From the human T2T-CHM13v2.0 reference genome, Homo sapiens, in the NCBI RefSeq assembly GCF_009914755.1, contig NC_060927.1: a stretch of DNA of 64,000 bases. One strand, given 5' to 3'. Below the pieces are notes generated by a model. The model did no database searches. It was not told the DNA's origin and saw only the letters and a program-made list of their open reading frames with translations. A program made the translations under genes and the position numbers. Positions 38,683-52,124 of this stretch are shown in pieces. Position 1 is the first letter of the stretch. Each line of letters begins with the position of its first letter.

Positions 38683-40544
38683 TAATTTACCTTTAAATTG
38701 CTTCCAGTGTAAGAGTTGATCATGGGTTTAAATTCTCTTAGCAAGTAGGAATTTTCCAAATGTAAATATTTTCCAGGACATGTTAATAAATGTCACCCAC
38801 TAAAAATAAAATTATTGTGAAATAATATTGTGATCATGAGATTATGAAAATTACCACTTTAGAGCAGGAGTGGACTCAAGCAAATAATACCTAATTCTTA
38901 TATTTTGGTATATTTTCAATTCCAGGTATTTTTAATCTGCTAAATTTCATACTCTAAAACATTTTATATTCAGCATTTCAACTTTAAATATCAAATTCAA
39001 TATTATTCAATATATAGGAGATAAATTATTTGATACAACACTGACAATTCATATTTTTTTCTATTTTAAATGTTAGTCTATCAGTTTTAAGCACTTTGGG
39101 TGTAAAATACTGACTCAATGTCACCAAGAAAAAATAAAAAAAACCCCACAATTTTTTAAAATGTTTTCTTTAAGGGAGAAACTTAAGTTTAAAAATCCTG
39201 CCTTATGTCACAAAAAGCAAATACAATCTGAAATTAAAATTAAAGTTATTTTTAGAAATCCTGAGTCTGAAATATTCAAATTCCAAATTAACTGGACTAT
39301 TTTAAAAGGAAGAATGCAAAATCTGCAAGATCAAAGTCATAAATAAGACTGAATCCAAAATCTCACCTCATATAAAACGGGCCACTGAGTTAATGTATCC
39401 CCAGAGTCTGACTCTGAAGAAAGAGAGAGAGAAAAAAAGGACATGTTGCCAGCTACAAAAATATCTGGAACAAAGTTACATTTTTACAGGTCTTATGGAA
39501 ATCCAAAGTGGGTGATTTGTAGGCTTCATAAAGTATGCATCACCAAAAGTTACTTTCTCAGGTATGAAATAAAACAGGTTTCTACAAATTCAAAGCATAT
39601 GCTGCTCTCAGGTGAAAAAAATGAAATAAAATAGAAAGAAATCCATTTTGATCACTGTGAGAAAGTGTGGTTTTTCTTTTTTTTTTATTTTCAGTGAAGC
39701 ATTATGTAGGGGATTCTATATTTTAGAACTATCACTGAATAATTAGTGAAGGCTGTATTTACAGCTAAAAATGAGTAACAGCGAACAAATATTCTGACTG
39801 AATAAAGATCGGATTTATTTTGATGAAGAACTATAGTTCCTGCCTTTGATAAGGAAATAACAGTAACTTGACTTATTTTGTACTGTCAGAGGTTTGGAAT
39901 TGCCCTGTAATTCAAGAATTATCTTTTGAAATGCAAACCTTTACAAATCTACATCTTTTCAGTGGCCCAACAGACGCTCCCAGTTAGAGGGTAAGCTAAC
40001 TGTGAAATGTTACTTTCACTTTTTCAGAATCTCCTGATGGTCAGAATCCCGTGACAGGGGCTTGCCTTGGACCAAGTGAGTGTGTTTCTTGACTGTCTAA
40101 TTCAGCATAATTAATCTGATGCTCTGATTTATTTTGACTTCTTTTATTGTTTTAGAGGCAACAAGCAGTGATGACTAATATATCTTATGATATGTTTAAC
40201 AAAAAAGATTGTCTAGATATTAAGGTTAGAGAGTCAACCTCTGTCTAGAACTTTCTGAAAGACTATAGTGTTATTTATTGTTCCTTCTATAGTAACAGCC
40301 ATACTGTCCCACTCGCCTCTACCAGGCATTGCCTGCCACTGTATGTATATCTCTTTCTCTGAGACTTCCCAGTTCCACCAATGCCCCTGGTCTGCCAGGA
40401 AGAAACATTCTTTGCCACCTGTAAGGCTGAGAATCTATAAACACTAGAACTATACCAGACAGATTGCCTGGAAGAATTGAAGGTCTTGTCTCCAAAAGCC
40501 CTTTCCTTCATAATTCTTAATGTAATAAGATTTGCATTTTAAAT

Positions 40545-41030
40545 AATTTTATTATGATGAAATATAATGTAATTTGCCATTTGTTTAAGTTGTAAGAACA
40601 TTTAGCATGATATCTATCCTCTTAACACATTTTTAAGTGTAGAATACAGTACTGTTAGCTCTAGGCACAATGCCGTACACCAGATTTCTAGAACTTACTC
40701 ATCTTGCATAACTGAAACTTTATACCTATTGAATAACAATTCCCCATCCCCCCCTCCTCTTCTAGCCCCTGGCAAAGACTATTCTACTCTCTGTGTCTAT
40801 GCGTTTTTAAGAGTACAATTCAGTGGCATTAATTACATTTGCAGTATTGTGCAACCATCACCAGGATCTATTTCCAAAACATTTTCATAGCCCGATACAC
40901 AAACTCTATCCATTAAGCAACAGCTGCCAATTCCCCCTTTCCACCAGCCCTTGGTAACTTCTAATCTACTTTTTGTAATAAAATTTACTGTTAAATGATA
41001 ACTTCTGGAATGGTCCTGTTTATACATCTT
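40545..41030 (-). mobile_element. L1MB3/4-like 3' end with nested L1MA9-like 3' end (~40590-40801)
   Basis: L1MB 3'UTR (AATTTGCCATTT|..TTTAAGAGTACAATTCAGTGGCATTAA) is interrupted by TAAGAACATTTAGCATGATATCTATCCTCTTAAC..ATAACTGAAACTTTATACC of L1MA9/10 type. Confidence 0.75.
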
Positions 41031-41835
41031 GGTTTGTTAAATTAAATTCTGATGGAAAAAATGATAGAAATGTTATTGAATCTATGCAAATAACTGCATT
41101 GCTACAAAAAGTTTTTTTAATAATATTTGACCATGTATCTGATTAGTTTTGAAGACAAAGATAATCAATATACGGTTACTATATTTTATAGATGAACCAT
41201 TTTTAAGTTGTGATGATGATCATTAGATTAAAAATTATGTTGATTTTCCTACAGGATATTTTCTCTCAAATTCTGAGGTTAGTTGGGGCAAGGCACCATT
41301 TAAAGAGGCTGTTGATTTCAGTTTGCACAAATGTGACCTGTTAATCTGTGTGCTAGAAATAAGCCAAGGAGAAAGAAAATTGTTTTATAATATATCCATC
41401 AGAAAATGTAACATTACCTACAATTAAATTTCTCTCATATTAGTTATAATCTATCCTACATAATTAAGTCTTTACTGTCAAGACTTGGCTGAGCAGGCTG
41501 CTTTCAATGAGTCATCTGTTTCTTGACCAAAGGTCTCCTGGGGGCCCTGATACAGTCCCCTGATACTTTGAAAAGCATCTGTTCATGACCGTGAAGTCAA
41601 CTGACACCTGGAAACCTGCACTCTGAATTTGGGAGGGCCAATATCAATAACAGTTATCAGAGGAGATACCCAAAGACAAGAAAAGTGGTTACAGTTTTGA
41701 CAATAATTGTAACCAAAGTGACAGTATTTTGAAATAAAAATGGCAGGAAGTAACAATAATTGCCAGGAGTGTGAGCTCTTTCTGAAGAAAAGAATTGATT
41801 TTGGCTTTGAAATGTTTCATAAGCATGACACAGTC

Positions 41836-41901
41836 AGCACAAAGGCACAAAAAGGTAATAGATCCCTAAGCACAAAGGCACAAAAAGGTAATAGATCCCT
41901 A
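41836..41901 (+). repeat. Perfect 33-bp tandem duplication
   Basis: AGCACAAAGGCACAAAAAGGTAATAGATCCCTA at 41836-41868 and 41869-41901. Confidence 0.97.
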
Positions 41902-42645
41902 AACACAGACAGTCTCAAACACCCAAGTGTGACCAGACTAAAATCATTCCCATGATACAGTTACAAATGAGTATGTGCCAGGCACTGGGGTTTTCTTGAA
42001 GTTCTATAAACAAAACGCAGAGTAAAGGCAGAGCCAAATATAATGTTAGTGGGGTAAACTCACATGATACCTAAGACAAAACCAATCCAGATCTGTACAA
42101 AGAAGAAATACACCAGAAATAGATGGAGGGAAAGCAACAGTTCTATCACCATTTTTAGATTTTTCTATCTGAAAATCACCTCAGAGATCAAGAAAGAAGC
42201 CTGGGAACCAAATGTCCATGAGATGTCTCTACTGAACAACTTATTTTGGTTAGTTTCATTGGGTAAATCTTTACGGGAATCTTAACAGGTCCTTCAGAAA
42301 CTATGAAACAAACAAACAGATAAATAAATAAACAAGCAAGCCAACAGGGGAATTCGTAAACAATTTAGATCAATGAGTGAAGATTATCTTAACTTGCAAT
42401 AAAGTATTGTTCAAGCCAGTTTAGCTTTCAGAACAAGTGGGTTTCTGGAATAAGGAATAAAGGCTGTATTTGGAATTTAAAGAAATATATTCCAATTCTT
42501 ATTGGAGAGCATTTGGGTCAGTGTCTATACAAAAATAAGTATATAATCTTTCATAAGAAAAAAACTAATCACAGCATACTTCAGCTTGTAGTTTTCAAAA
42601 TTATAGATAGGAAGAACTAATTGAGGCAAAGAGAAAAAGAAAAAA

Positions 42646-42772
42646 TGCACACACATATACATATTTAATATATGTTCTATTTCACATATAATGTGTGTGT
42701 ATATATATACATACACACGCACATATATATATACACACACACACATATATATAATGAAATGTGAGTGCATTT
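42646..42772 (+). repeat. Compound (TA)/(CA)/(TG) low-complexity repeat
   Basis: Alternating TA, CA and TG dinucleotide runs. Confidence 0.85.
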
Positions 42773-43319
42773 TATTTTAAAGTTCTGTATATGTGTTATA
42801 TAGGTAAAGACTTTTTAAAAACAATATTATAAAAATTTAAAATAAAATCTGAGCTAAAAAATATCTTACATTAATTTTGTATCCAAACCACAGTTTTTCT
42901 AGCTATTCAAGCATAAAATAATACACTGGGCCTAATACCTTCATCTGGATTTTGGAAACAAATACATGTTTTTCCATGGTTGTTTATAATTCTTCCCTTC
43001 AGTTGTCCCACAGAATAGCTCTAGATCTGAAACGAGTTTGCATTCTAAAACCAAACTGAATCTGTCTAACTTCATCACTGCCACATTAAAATTATTCTTA
43101 ATGATCATTTTTTATTTAACAATATATCTAACTTCATTACTCATTTTCTTCTAAAAATGTAATGTGACAAGTATGTTTCTAAACATAAATCTGCAATGAA
43201 TTGCTTATTTAAAATACTCTGTTCTTCCAAGAAGAGACAAGCCTCATTAATTCAGACATTCAAAGGGGCAAAGATCAAAATAGTGACATATTTACAAATA
43301 CATAAAGAAGTTATCATTT

Positions 43320-43500
43320 ATAAGACATTTACTGAGCACCTATTTTGTGCCAGCCATTATGCCAAACACCATTAAAATGCAAATGTGAAGCTAGCAACAT
43401 TATCCTTGAATAGCTTCTCCATAGTAAAGAACACAAACACAACCAAGAGTAAGCAAAATACACAGAAAGTGCCACAAAGCAAATATAAATGAAAAGCTGT
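43320..43500 (-). mobile_element. L2 3' end fragment
   Basis: CATTTACTGAGCACCTATTTTGTGCCAG antisense L2 tail motif. Confidence 0.65.
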
Positions 43501-43674
43501 GCATGTTCAGAATGATGACAAACTACCTCAGACTTAGAACTTTTGAAATTACTTTATAAGGTCTTCAAGAGTAGTAATGATATTGCCATCCATGAGCAGG
43601 GGAAAGTACTCCAAGGAGAGGCATGAAAAAAATGAAATGATCTAATATATTCCCTCATTTAAAAAATCTCAAGT

Positions 43675-43990
43675 ATGCCCATTCCTATCTACAGCCACTG
43701 TCTAGCGTAAGCCACTGCCATCTCTCACCAAGATTCCTGTAATTCTTGCTAACTGGTCTCCATCATTCAATCTAGCATCCTCCATCCCCACTGCCATAAA
43801 TACTTTACATAGCAGCCAAAATAATTTTTTATTTTGATTTTTTAGTATATATTGGATCTTGTCACTGCTCTGCTTAAAATCCGTCAAGGTTTTCCACGGC
43901 ATTAGAATAAAATCTAAGCTCTTTATAAGAGCATAGGTAATCTGCTAATTCTTCTCACTTCAACCTCTATACTACTACTACTCAGGCCTG
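43675..43990 (+). mobile_element. L2 fragment
   Basis: GCCATCTCTCACC..CTAACTGGTCTCC..GATCTTGTCACTGCTCTGCTTAAAA..TTAGAATAAAATCTAAGCTC. Confidence 0.75.
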
Positions 43991-44279
43991 ATATAGGGAT
44001 CTTCTTTAAACTCTATTCCTCAACAAACTTACTTATTTGTAAAACCATATTTTTAAATGCTCACATACATTGTAGAACCAGAATCTATTTCGAATAGTAT
44101 TTTTTAAGTTGGCCAGTTGATTGTTCAGTACCTTCTTTTTTACTCTGTTAGCAACATACAACTTGAGAGAAAAGATTGAATTATGGGCATATACATTTAT
44201 TTACTAGATGAGCTTCTGAAAAACAAATAGAAATAGTATTTCTTTAAACTTAGAATCACAGTAGAATTGCAAAAAAAGA

Positions 44280-47030
44280 CTTCCTGTACTCACGGACTAG
44301 TTAATTCAGACAGATATTTCCAGTGAGAATAACTGGAAAAAGCATTCTAAAAATTATATGTCTAAGCTTATAGAAAATAGAAAGCTAAAATGGCCATCAT
44401 ATAGAATTATTGGGCTAAAGTTTGAGAGACAATAGAAATTCAGGGATGTAATTCAAGTATTTGAGAGCATGTTCCTTTTGGGGCTTAATTATTCCAGAGG
44501 CAGGAGGGAGGCTGAATGGCTGAGCAGGTTCATGAGACTAGGGAGAAAAATGTGAGTACAAAGCAGCCAAGAGGTTTGTTTCTAAACTCTCATGCTCAGG
44601 ATAGGAGCTGAAGGGTTACACATTAGTGATCTATCAGACCACATAGGGATTGATTGCATCCTAACTTGGAATTACTTCACTTATTAAAATTGGATTACAG
44701 AGATCCCCAGGTGGTGTAGTTACTATAAGTATCATGCATAAGCAAACAAAAGCCCTCTGCGGAGGAGGCTAATGTCATCTTAGGCCTCAAGTTAATTCTG
44801 TAAATAGTTTTTCAAATACAATGTTTGGCATGAAATGAAAAATAATCAAGTCTATTGATGGCAGCAGCGGGCAGTCTGGAGTGGCAGCTGCCATCACACC
44901 AGCTGCAGCAGGGAGACGTGGCTGGGGCTGCATGCTCCACGGAGCCTGCAGGAGCTGGGGACAAGTGAGCCCCAACCCTTCCAAGTTGGAGCAGGAGCCC
45001 CCTGGATGCCGCTGCAGCCACCCAAGCCAGGGCTGCAGACCAGGTATCCCTGTGGCCTCGGGGCCTGGGAGCAGGTGGGAACCCAGGGCTCCTGGGTGTA
45101 ACTGCAGCTGCTTAAACCATGCTGCGACCTGGGCCTCCTGCTCCACAGAGCAGGCAGGAGCCCCACACCCCGGCCCTGCCCGTGCAGCTGCATCCGCCCA
45201 AACCGTGACTGTGGACCCCGGCATCTCTGCACTCTAGAGGGCCCAGGAAGTCCTCCTCTGCCTTCGCAGGCTTGGAATCGTTTGTTCCCACTGCCTGGAT
45301 TTTCCCTGATGTCGGCCCCTGTTCCAATCTTGAAGGAAAATTGGGCCCAGCCCAGGGCTGTCACAGCCTGGCTGGGTGTGCACACACTGGAGGCACTGTT
45401 GACACACCAGCCCCCTGCCACATCAGCCCCCTCCAGACTTTGGGCACCAATGAGCAAAGGAGGGATGCCAATGGGGAGCTGAGAGCAGCTCAGAGCTGGC
45501 CTGCAGGCACCCCCATGGCACCCATAGCCTGGGCGCCATGAATAGCAGCAGCAGGCAGACAGGTTCCTGGGCAGAAGGTTGTTGTCTCCAGTGAGGGTCC
45601 GCCTTCAGGCCATGGACGGCCTGAAGGCTGGGGCCAGGCTGCAGACTGGGGACATGTGATGCCCTTTCCTGGTCTACCCATGGTTGCCCATGGACCTATC
45701 TGCACGCACTTCCTCCCCTCTGAAGCCCATAACGGTGGCTCAGCCAGAGCTGAGCAGATGTCAGAATGACCGACTGCAGAGAGGGACAACCCACTCTGGG
45801 GCCTCCTCTCTGCTGAGAGCTGCACAGACGATGGGATAACCAGCTGTAGAGAGGAGCTTCCCTCTCTGCTGATAGCTGAACACTTGTTGGAATGACTTGC
45901 CTAGCAGAAAGGAACTACCCTCTCTGCTAGGAGCTGAACACTCATTGGGACACCCTGGCTGTGGAAAGGAGCTGACCCCTATGGGTTTCCTCCGAGCTGT
46001 TCTATCACTCAATAAAGCTCCTCTTCATCCTGCTCACCTGCCACTTGTCTGCATACCTCATTCTTTCTGGTGGCAGGACAAAAACTCTGGACCAACTGAA
46101 TGGTGAGGCTAAAAGAGCTGTAACACAAAAAGGGCTGAACCATGACCATTGCTTGCCACGTTGTGGGTGAAGAGTAAGAAAGAAGAACTGCAGCCCTTCG
46201 GGGAACCACATCTGGGCACTCTCCGAACCAGGGCTGTGGCCCCTCTTTAGGGCCCTGCGGTTCCTGGCATGTCCAAGTTTCTGCGTTCCTCTGTATTCCC
46301 CAGGTCACTGTTGAAGCTCCTTGTGGTGCGCCTAGTCTGGCCACAGCCTCACAAAGAACCAGCATTCCTGCCAGCAACAGGAGCTGCACACCCCTCTGCA
46401 GCAGTCGGCATGTCTGATTGGGCCCAGTGGCCATAACCCATGCTTGTTCACACACCCCTCACCATTCCATGCCTGACTTGCCCTTAGCCAACATAGGACA
46501 AAGGCTGGTAGTGTGATTCAAGTACAACCTGCCAGGCTGAGTGAGTGAAATAAGCCCAGTGGGCTGAAGCAAAACTCAGGCAAAGGCATCGCTGACCACA
46601 GAGATTTCTGGCCAGAAAAATGACACCCCAAAGATCGCGTAACACTGTGAGGAGATTAAGCACCATGAAATAAGAACTACAGAAATAACAAACAATAGAA
46701 ATAGATCCATTATCTGGTAATGGAGCAAAAGTGCCGAAACATATTAAACTTTGCTAAGTAAAGGATAAATGCCGTAATTCCTAAAATAATAACTAAAAAA
46801 ATTGAATGAATATATCACTTCTAAGGTTAATGAAGGCAAAAAAAAAATAGAATAATAAATCAAATGCAAAGCAGTCTGGAAAAAAGAGAAAAGAAAATAT
46901 CAAACAAGTGAGAGCAATAGAAAACAAACAGTAGTGTAATGTATTTAAAATAAACTATACCTGAAATTACAATTAATGTGAGTGAATTAATACTCAATTT
47001 CAAAACCAAAACTTGTCGAAATGGATAGAT
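44280..47030 (+). mobile_element. Old L1M 5'/ORF1-ORF2 start region hosting the MER52 LTR
   Basis: A-rich L1-like flanks on both sides of MER52; AATTACAATTAATGTGAGTGAATTAA (~46965) resembles the ORF2 start ITLNVNGLN. Confidence 0.45.
44856..46644 (+). mobile_element. MER52 (ERV1) solo LTR, ~1.79 kb, GC-rich
   Basis: TGATGGCAGCAGCGG start, CCCAAAGATCGCGTAACA end, 4-bp TSD CTAT/CTGT, internal repeats CCTCTCTGCT..AGCTG (45775-45990), AATAAA at 46011. Confidence 0.92.
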
Positions 47031-48522
47031 GCTGGAAAGAATGAAGGTAGGGACAGAGTCCCTGTGGTTAAAGGACAAGCAATACCTTTTGATAGATTTG
47101 TAATGTTGGGAAAATTATATCACCTCTCTAATTTTCTCTTTTCTCTCTGTAATCTTATGAATAAAATATATACAATCCACATCCCTGGGGATAGTTAGGC
47201 TGTGAGTTCATTTAGGCAAGGCCACTAATAGCTCCTAGTCTTCATCCTGTAAGATAAACATATTAGTTAAGGTCAAATTTTCTTATTTCAGATTCACTTA
47301 AAGTGAGGTGCATCTTTATTTTTAACAAGACTTCACATGATGAGGTCTACTTAGCTCTAAAGAGGACTAAAGCTATTATAATATATGAATTGGGTCATTG
47401 AAGTACAGGGCATGAAGCTTGGTAAATAATTAATACGAATAAGTATATCCTAATATATCCCTTTACATCTTTTATTGATATCATAGACTGAGTGTGGGAA
47501 GTAAGTGTGATTTTGCTGTTTTTGTGGGTCAGATTTTATCATATAAACATTTCAGTTTTAATCAGGCTATTATGTTAATATATTTCATTAACAGTGGATA
47601 TTTATTTTCCACACCTAGCAGCCTACAATCTTGAAAACTAATTTAAATAGATCTTTTTATAGCAAATCTGTGAAAACTGTATATATTCATTAAATTAAGG
47701 ATCACTTTGCATGCCAGTACAACCAAATTGTATTTTGAAATGATGCAGGATAAACAACAGATGTGTCCAATATATTTTTTCTTCAGTTGCTAAGGCAACA
47801 TTGTTCAGTCTTTAAAGGAGTTTCAAAAAATAATTCCTTTGAGCATTTGATTCAGTAAGACTGTGTCCTTTATATTTGCCATTTCAAGGTGGCCAGTGTG
47901 GTTCTGAAATATTCTAGCATTATATTATCTCTCCTAGATTTTATGTATCTGATTATTTTTGTCAATATAACAAGTTCTGATTCCCTTGGTACAATTTTGA
48001 ACAGCTCTCCATATGTTTCCACCTTTCATCCACTATTTATTTACCTCCCCAAAGGTGGTCTAATATCCCATTCCTCATGCTGAGGATGGTAATTCTGATC
48101 ATGGCCAGGAAAAATTCTGAAAATTACTGACTACATGCTGATAACATGCAAGTTATCATGCAGTCACTATTTTCTTTTTTGTTGGCAGGGTGAGATGGGT
48201 TAGCAAGAAACATGGGGCCTCCCCCGAGAGCCCAGAGTGGAAACTTTCTGAGAACTAGTGAGTGGCTCCAAGTTCTCTGAAAATAACAACATAGCCTAAG
48301 GGAAGTTATGAGGAGAGAACCATCTCCTTTAACATAAAAAGCTTTTACAAAGCTAGACAATATCAATAGAAAATCAGATAACGTAACCATGACTCTAGAA
48401 AGAATCTGTTGGCTTACACAATTTGGCCTTATTACTTGGATGTCCTTTAGATCATTTTGGTATTTAAGAAAGACTTATTTGAACCATATTATAGAAAGGA
48501 GGTAAGAAAGAATTTTTTAAAT

Positions 48523-48581
48523 TGTGCAAGGAGTCAATATGCTTATATGTGCAAGGAGCCAATATGCTTATATGTACAAGG
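48523..48581 (+). repeat. 25-bp tandem repeat, 2.4 copies
   Basis: TGTGCAAGGAG(T/C)CAATATGCTTATA x2 plus TGTACAAGG. Confidence 0.95.
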
Positions 48582-49299
48582 CAAACTTAGGGTTAAATAT
48601 CCCAAAATATTTTTTAGAAATAATTTTACCATAAAAGAAAAGCTCTTTATAAGTGATATTACTCTATGTGAGATTGTGCGATATTAATTAATACTTAGTT
48701 CTTTTCTGAGATACTTAAAGCTTCAGATAAAAATGATATGTTATTTTAACCTCTACACATATTACCTGTGTTAAGCATATTTTCATAACTTCATTACCAT
48801 GTTAAACAATCTTCTTTGCTCTTGGAAAGTAAAAATAAATAAATAAATAAACATAAACAAACAAACTCATTAAAATTGCCTTTTACTAAAATGTGTATAA
48901 TGCTAACAATTTTAGAAGGTGAATAATACATTCCATTATGAAAACATTAAAACTCTTTATCTGTTGCATATCAGTATAAGATTTATAAACAATACATCTC
49001 TTCTTCATCATGCAAATTTTAAAGGTAGAAATTCAGAAATATGCAGAATATTTTGAAGACTTCTCATTTATATAATGGGGGGAGAAAAAGTTCTGTTCAG
49101 TTGTTAGTTTATTTGAGTTTTCAGATTAAATTTAACATGTGCTTTAGAGGTGAGATTTTGACAATTGCATTTTCTCTAAAATGAATTCTTTTTTCCAAAT
49201 TGGGATTTCAATATCTGTAACAAATCAAGATGTCTGGGTTTTATAAGAACAAAATAATTACTGGGGTAGTGATAGCAAGACAGCCCTAAATTTTAGCTA

Positions 49300-51500
49300 A
49301 ACAATTTTGTGGGTTAAATTCCAATAGAAAAATAAGGAAATATTAACAGAGATGCTGAAATACAAGATAATAAGCCATTTCTTTGAAATAGATAAAAAAA
49401 ATCAGCTAGAGAGATTTTTTTCTAACTTAAGTACTTTCATAGCTTTACGACAATAAATTTGAAATTCTATCTGGAATCTTTTTTAAAAAATACCAAATTC
49501 AAAATTTATCTTATGAAGAATAAGCAAGGTACTCACTATGGAAAATAAAAGATTATGGTTAAACGCTCCCCAAACCATGAATGAAAATTCAAGTTATTAT
49601 TGACAAGTTCTACCAAACCTTCAGAAACAGATTCCAGAGCAGAGAATATATATGAACCAATGTCAAGTTCCAGAATTCCTGTTAAGACTCCTGTTATGGA
49701 AAAGGTGAACTTAGGATTTATTAAAAATTCAGAAACTGTCAAGGAGATGGCACATGCCACTATGACACATGCCAATGCAGTAAGGTCAAAAACAGACAAA
49801 AACACACAGGTATAAATATTTGAAAGTATTAGTCTCCTTAAGTATAATATTCTGTTTAGCAAATCCAGGAGAATAGTGTGTTGAATAAAATAGGACTAAT
49901 GCAAGACTTCAGCCAACTCACTTGCTTCAGAATAAACATATAATTGATTAGTTTCCTATATAGTATTAACAAGAATCAATCAAAAATGTATTATTCAAAA
50001 GGAATCCAATTAAAGTAGCAACAGAATATATTTCTGAAAAACTCATTGTAGTACATCTAAAAAGAAAGATCTAATAAGGATATAAATCTCAATTGAAGGA
50101 CATTAGAAAGGCACAAAATAATGGAGATACAGAACATGACTAGGAAAAATACACAATATTTTAAAGAGATCAATTTTTTCTCCATGAAAACTCAACAATA
50201 ATTCAAACATCTTTTAAAACAAAACTTATCAAATTGATGTCCAACTTTAAAAAAAATTCAATCTGAGCCAGAAAAGATTTGAAGAGAAAAATGAGAAAGA
50301 ATTTGCTATACCAAAATTTAAAACAGGCTATAAAATAATAAAATTTACACAATAGTCTGGTTTTGGTGAATATCAGACAAATATCAATGAAATGGGATAA
50401 AGGTGAAGAAATATATTTATATATTTGAATTTAATTAATAATAAAAATTACATTTTACATCAGTGTGTAAAATAAAGACTAGTCAGTCACAATTGTTTGA
50501 TAACCTATCTATTTGAAGAAAAATAAAGTTAGACTGTTATTTTATTTTCAAAAACTTAACTCTCCATGGATTTAACATCTAAACAAAAAATTTTGAAATG
50601 AAATGTAGAAATATTAAACTGAAATATAGACCAATTTTTTTATGTCCTTGGCATCAGAAAAGCTTCAATGACAAAATATTAAGTGCAAAGTTTATGGAGC
50701 ATAAGGTTTGTAATTTTATGTATCCCTAACTTTAAAATGTCGACACGACTAAATAAATCCTAAATAAAGTTCTAAAGTAAACGAAAAGAAAGGAGAAGAT
50801 ACGTTAAATGGATAAAGAAAATATATTCTGTCAAAAAGGTAGAGGGTAGGCAGACAAATTTTATTATCAGTAAATTCACAGAGGAAAAAACGTGAACTGA
50901 GTTATATTGTGTTATTTTTGCTCACTGGATGAGCAAAAATGACAGACCACATCAAGTGTTTCCGAGGAAGTAGAAAAAAGTGTACTCATACTCTGATGAT
51001 GCAACTTTAATTCATACATAGCCACATTGGCCAGCTCTATTAATATTTAGAAAGTGTAACCCAGAAATCTAGTAGTTATCCATCCTACATGATTATGCAT
51101 ATATGTAAAAGATAGCAAACACAACAGATTAAAAAAAGGAAACGAGAAATTTCTATGCATAGGGATATCTAACTAACCTATGGCATACCCAAATGTTGAA
51201 ATACGATACAGCAGTAAAAAGGAACGCAACAATATCATATTGTGATGTGAAACAATTCTTCAAGATTTGTAGGAAATAAAGTTATGAAAAAAATTTCAAC
51301 ATTTATTCGAATATATACAAAACACTTTTCTATATGTATTTATGTCTCCCAAGTTACATAGGAAATAATAACAATACTGAGGTTAACTTTTGAAGAGAGA
51401 CTGGAATTTTTAAGTGGGCAGGCATACTTTGATTTATCTTCATGGTCTAATAGTTTTAAATGGAAATATATTCCAAATATTATTTTTATAAATCAAAAAT
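49300..51500 (+). mobile_element. Highly diverged L1ME-like ORF2 to 3'UTR
   Basis: Strong A-skew and degenerate ORF2 landmarks (GACAATAAATTTGAAA, AATGGAGATACA, TTTGCTATACCAAAATTTAAAACA, CAAGTGTTTCCGAGGAAGTAGA). Confidence 0.6.
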
Positions 51501-52124
51501 AAATTATAAAATAACTTTTACAATGTCAGGACTGAGGGTAAATTTTACAAAATTAAATCCATCAGGTATTTAATGAGCTTGTAACTATGGCAAAAATTGT
51601 ATCTCATTACTTAAAAAAGCAGTTCATTTTTATATGGCAATCCACACAAATTATGTTATATCAAGGCCATACTTTCATGCATGGAGACCACCTAAAAATA
51701 TTCGAAGTTACTATTTATACCTCCATTTGGAGTATACACAGTACATCTGGGACTTATTTTTAATGTTATAGCAGGGCTTTTTGCAATTAAAGAGGGTTAA
51801 TGAAAACAAAATAGAACTTAAATGACTCTTATCTTTACTCTGAAAGGTCCAAGAGAAAAACATACTGTTAAAAAATGTTACTCCTTGGGGTAATTGACTA
51901 TTGTAATATTGTTCAATAGACCAAGACAGAAGTGAGTCGATTACTTGGAGCAAGCAACTTGTGTGAAGGAGGGTGATTTTTTTTAACAGAGATTGTGCCC
52001 TTGAGGAAATACAAAGGAAGGTGAAAGTGATAGTTCCAGAATCAGTTGGGAAAATTACTTTTTAAATTATGAAGTAGCTGCTTAAAGCTTTTGCTTAAAG
52101 CTTTGTCAAAGATTTGTGTAACTA

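Noticed and set aside
41255-41277. 23-nt exon-like unit TTTTCCTACAG|..GAG|GTTAGT
   Set aside because: Short pyrimidine tract, frame-shifting length and no other support.
41740-41955. ORF with an 11-aa peptide repeat
   Set aside because: Explained by the 33-bp DNA duplication; no coding evidence.
44787-46666. Many overlapping 60-187 aa ORFs and an apparent CpG island
   Set aside because: All lie in the GC-rich MER52 LTR, where stops are rare; CpGs are largely decayed to TG/CA.
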